DNA of 64,000 bases from Eutreptiella sp. 'Long Island Sound 2002' (lineage: Eukaryota; Protista; Euglenida), in NCBI GenBank assembly GCA_964036045.1, contig OZ038379.1, forward strand, positions 71,486,001-71,550,000. Direction: 5' to 3'. The notes beneath the pieces were generated by a model. The model saw nothing but the letters and a program-made list of their open reading frames with translations. It did no database searches and was not told the DNA's origin. Shown in pieces: positions 60,213 to 64,000 of the stretch; positions within the stretch are counted from its first letter, which is position 1; each line of letters begins with the position of its first letter. Position numbers and translations under genes: made by a program.

Positions 60213-61425
60213 GAGAGGAGGTGAAGAAGAGAACAGAGGTGCAAGTGGAAGGGGGAATCGACTGTGATTTGCGCTAACGCCATGTACACGCATCATCCAG
60301 CCTCCAGGATGCGACGGTGCATCCACGCACAGTGTTTGTGAAGGGCTGTCACTTCCCTGCTTTTCATAGGTGCGTGCGAAGGCCGAAGCTGAAGCGAAAG
60401 CCAAAGAAATGGAGGAAATGAAAGCGAAGCAGGAGGAGGACCGCAAGAAACGGGAGAAGGATTTGAAGGCTAAGCGAGAGGAGGAAGAGGCAAAGCGAAA
60501 GGCTCAGGATGAGGAGGACCGGGCACGCGGATATCGTATTGTGAAGCAGACCTGATGCACGTGAATGTGGGGCTGGCAGTGCCATTGTAATATTTTGACA
60601 AACCCACGGGGGCCTCCGGGCAGATTCGACGTGATATTATTGAGGGTGTTCTGCATGCTCTTGGGGAGTTGACGCAACGCGAGGTGGACAGTTTGCTGCG
60701 CAGTGCAGGTGTTCCTCTACACCCTTTTTGTGTCGCCGCTGGTTGAAACAGGTCAGTTGCCAATGCGTTTGTGCGTTCTCGTCTGAGGATTTCCTGGACC
60801 TGCAGGCACCTAAAAGGTAGAACCTCAACTGCTGATATTCAGCACCTATCACCCTGAAGTTTTCCGTGCGTTTTCAACCTTCTCTCGCAGTTGGGCATGG
60901 AGTTGCCTAACCTCGAAGTACACAATCCCCTGTCAATTAATGGACGCCCAAGTTTTCCTCAAATACGTTCACGGGTTCCATTGATAATCTCTCCCTGCAA
61001 GTGCGATTTTGCGTCTGTTACTGTTTTTGTTCTGGTCAATTGCTTTGCCCATGCATCATTTGTCGTTTTGTGTTGATGCATCGTTTGCTTTCACAGGTGT
61101 GCAAGCTGACTGAAGCAACACACCACTGTTTTACCGTCGGTTGGCCAGTTACACAGTGGTTGAAGAAAAGCATATTGATTTGCCTCCTGAACCTAAACCT
61201 GAGCCCCCTGCTGAGATGAAGGAGGACGATGAACCCATGGCAGAGGACGGCGAGGAAACCAAAGAGGACGGGCCAGCAGAAGAGGCTGCTGCTGAGGAAG
61301 AGGCTGCCCCTGCCACCGAGGAAGAGGCTGTTGCTGAAGAGCCTGCTGCTGAGGAGGCTCCAGCCGCAGAACCCGACACGGAGATGACGGACGCTGCGGC
61401 TGAAAATGGGGAGGCTGAGGCGTAA
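60213..61425 (+). pseudogene. CCAR1: Captured 3' part of a CCAR1/DBC1-like gene (K/E coiled coil, degenerate EF-hand, acidic tail)
   Basis: Exons 60370-60708 and 61097-61425 join in phase 1. They give ..L*YFDKPTGASGQIRRDIIEGVLHALGELTQREVDSLLRSAGVQAD*SNTPLFYRRLASY.., resembling recalled CCAR1 AFVYFDQSHCGYLLEKDLEEILYTLGLHLSRAQVKKLL..CFYRKLTD. Lesions: frameshift near 60553, TAA at 60588, TGA at 61111. Confidence 0.55.
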
Positions 61426-63917
61426 AAGGAAGTCTATTTGGTTCTTGCAGTCGTGGCCATCATGGCACATGAACTATGTAATTGCATCTGATTTATCAAT
61501 GGCCAGGACAGACGTTGTGGGATTCAAATGTGAATGTGTGCTTCGTACGTTTTCATTAAAGTCTGCCCAATGCAAATTGCCTGCTGCTCTGTAGTTTAGA
61601 TCCTGTGTTATGTGGGCTTTTGCAATCCAGGGTGTGGAGTGCAAGCAGTTGATGGATGTTTGAGCGATGCGCAAGTGCAACATGGATTTCATGTTACAAT
61701 GGGCTGCAGCACCCTGAAGGGTAGGTCAGACCTGGGGTTGACCTGGGTGTCTGGAGTTGCCCGGCTTTGCCCGCCACCCTGAAGCTGTCCTGACGGCCTG
61801 TATGGGTAGATTCCCCACTCTGTGGGATGGACAGTGGATGGAATGGCCAGCGCTCCTCCAGCCCCGGCTACTCAGGGCTATTTACCTTGATAGGTGCAGA
61901 GCAGTAAGTGACGCGCTGAAATTCTGTGATCCCCTCACTGTTGCAATCAAACAAAACCAGAAAAAATAGCATGCAAAAACAGCAAGCCACACACAAACTA
62001 TAACATGCAAACCCATTGGACTGGCGCAAAAAACTGAAACTGACTACTTATTTACAACACTACCTCGGTGAAAGCATCGAAATAGATTCAGATTCACACC
62101 ACTACTCAAAGGGAGGGAGGGGTATACGAACAAGCAACAATCATGAGTTGGGGGTGTCAATTTTTTTCTGCAAATAGTTGGTACGGGAGGAAAAGCAAGG
62201 TGCATAATTGGAGTTTTTGAGTTGAAATGTTTTTGTGTGGAAGTGGTTACTTACATGTGTCCCAATGAGGGCTGCTGGTTAGAGAAGATAGCTACCCCCC
62301 AAGAGAAGGACACACCCCCGCATGGAGGTTTTGAGTTGCTTCATTGTGCATGATTTTACAATGGGTGCTTTTTAATGTTATTACGTGCATGGTCCCCACA
62401 ATAATTGCTGCTATGCGAAAATGCCCCCAAGGGTCTGGTCCTGGTGTTAATAGTAGATTTTCATGGGGGTCAGAAGTGTGGCATGGCACGGCATGGTAAC
62501 ACACAAAATTGTTGGGCAACCGCCAATGGCAAACGCAATCATGGGAGCAAAGACTTGGAGTGTTCAGGCTCGTTCCGCTGTAAAGCAGCACAATTCACAT
62601 CATTTGTGTAGAAGCGCATTCCCTATCATAAGTATGTGCCTGATGTTCACGTTCGCCCTTGGTCACAAAGTCTTGTGCTTGCTAAGCAGGGTAGATCGGT
62701 TGATCTGCTTGGTCTAAGCTGGCCATCCTTACTCCATTGCCTGAGATTGTGTTCGTGAGGTGAGATATGCCCTTTCCAGTGAGAGCTCTTTTCTCAATTC
62801 AAGTGCAAGTTGGTGGTTTGAGATATGGTGCTTGTTAAACACATTCATGTTGCAGCAGAAGTGGGTCTGGGTGTCCGGTCCCTTGGTCCTATTTCAATTC
62901 AAGTGCAAGTTGGTGGTTTGAGATATGGGCTCTATTAAACGCATTCATGCTGCAGCAGAAGTGGGTGTGACTGCACAATCCTGGCCACCATGGTTTTCAT
63001 TGAAATGTTTCTCTTTGTCATTGAATCTGCCATTCCATCATTTTGGTTAAATGAATGCAATTTCGTCATGTATTCTTATGTTTTGAAGGTTCAGTAGGGA
63101 CATTCATGCTTACACAGAACAGCAGCGGAATTGATGTCGGATTTGATTTTCTGTTGTAGCTGTCTGTGGTCAGTCTGTGTATGCAGACAATGGTTTTGCA
63201 GTTTGCAGGCTGGTCTGTTGGGTGGAAAACAGCAGTACCATGGAAAAAAAAAAACTGTCCCAAGCACATGCGATGTTGGACCCCAAAGAGAGCAAATTTG
63301 ACAAATTGTCTTCATCAGTTTTTTTACCGGTGACCATTGCTTTTTTTTTTGGTGAAGTTTGGAAAACTGCTTTTATATCAGCACAGGGTCAAAGGGTTAT
63401 AGATCACCAATGTTTCACATCACCAACCATTATAGCCACTGGCATGCGGTCTCTTGAAGACGACACTCGGCTGGGGGTAGGTTGAGGATTGCAAAATGGA
63501 GGTTGGTGCCATTCTGAATGCAACAGAGCAATTACGTGGCTACGTACTGCGTACTACGTACTGCGGCCTTGGATGGTCGAGTGTGGCTTCGGCCCAACTC
63601 CGATTTCCATGGGCAGCCCAGCCTGGAAATCGGTGATCCTTCCGCCAAGGTGGGTTGTCATGTGCCCTTTGATCGGGGCTGCCCTTCGTGGGTAAGAGCC
63701 GAACCGCTTGGAGGGTTGGGAAATCACGTGGAAGTTACCTCCGCCTTTTGGTGGTAGGGGTGAACACGAGATGGAAACCTCCTGTAAGTCGGGCATGACG
63801 CGCAACTTCCAATTGCCAGTTTGTAAGGTAAAATGACCAGTTTGCAATCCATTGACCAGTTGTGGTTCTTGCCATTATTGTTTCCATTTCTTCTTTGTCA
63901 AGGTTATTTGTTGCGCC

Positions 63918-64000
63918 ATGTTGCCTACATTATCCAACCATGATGCGGAAAGAGTGCATGCTTTCGTGCAACAGAATATGCACTATTATCCCATTTTCAA
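63918..64000 (+). CDS. 5' start of U4 RepHel (partial, runs off the window)
   Basis: GCC-ATG TTG CCT ACA TTA TCC AAC CAT GAT GCG GAA AGA GTG CAT = MLPTLSNHDAERVH, homologous to 10844 onward. Confidence 0.85.
   Translation, partial: MLPTLSNHDAERVHAFVQQNMHYYPIF

Larger units (their letters stand above)
786..64000 (+). mobile_element. Head-to-tail mixed array of autonomous and non-autonomous Helitrons, continuing past the window end
   Basis: 21 copies of the 3' hairpin (about 1759, 2586, 3230, 3432, 17270, 31111, 31994, 33018, 33889, 47607, 48754, 49586, 50439, 51285, 52151, 52984, 53649, 54469, 55514, 56723, 57585). Most are followed by ATT(C/T)(G/A)CA-CTAG and then the 5' motif TATATTTAATTGTG. 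Three full-length RepHel loci plus the start of a fourth. Confidence 0.96.
57616..64000 (+). mobile_element. Long Helitron U4 (5' part only), third cargo configuration
   Basis: Long-type 5' arm homologous to U1 3462-4245 except the K/E segment; shared core from 60297; RepHel start at 63918. Confidence 0.9.

Overview
Eukaryotic genomic DNA from an intron-rich host that is probably flagellated (inferred from a captured DAW1/ODA16 fragment). After about 750 bp of unique flank and a (CT)19 tract, the rest of the window is one head-to-tail array of Helitron (rolling-circle) elements, all on the + strand. It holds four long elements: U1 3462-17301 and U2 17302-31142 (near-identical, intact intronless Rep-PIF1 helicase), U3 33921-47638 (RepHel with one nonsense codon and one frameshift) and U4 57616 to the window end. 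It also holds 17 short non-autonomous elements of 0.65-1.2 kb and one truncated long-type 5' fragment. The 3' hairpin GCCCGCGCTTCAAGCGCGGGC, or a 1-nt variant, occurs 21 times and is usually followed 7 nt later by CTAG. Upstream of RepHel the long elements carry swappable cargo of decayed host-gene fragments: COG6, DAW1 with permuted exon order, a CAMK-type kinase and a CCAR1/DBC1-like gene. The most striking signal is in the junctions. Most internal 5' ends lack the terminal TC, while surplus TC dinucleotides sit at the left edge of nested blocks and as (TC)18 at the array boundary. This suggests the family repeatedly inserts into its own 5' TC|TT terminus and leaves a TC tally (inference). 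Protein assignments come from recalled motifs; no database search was run.
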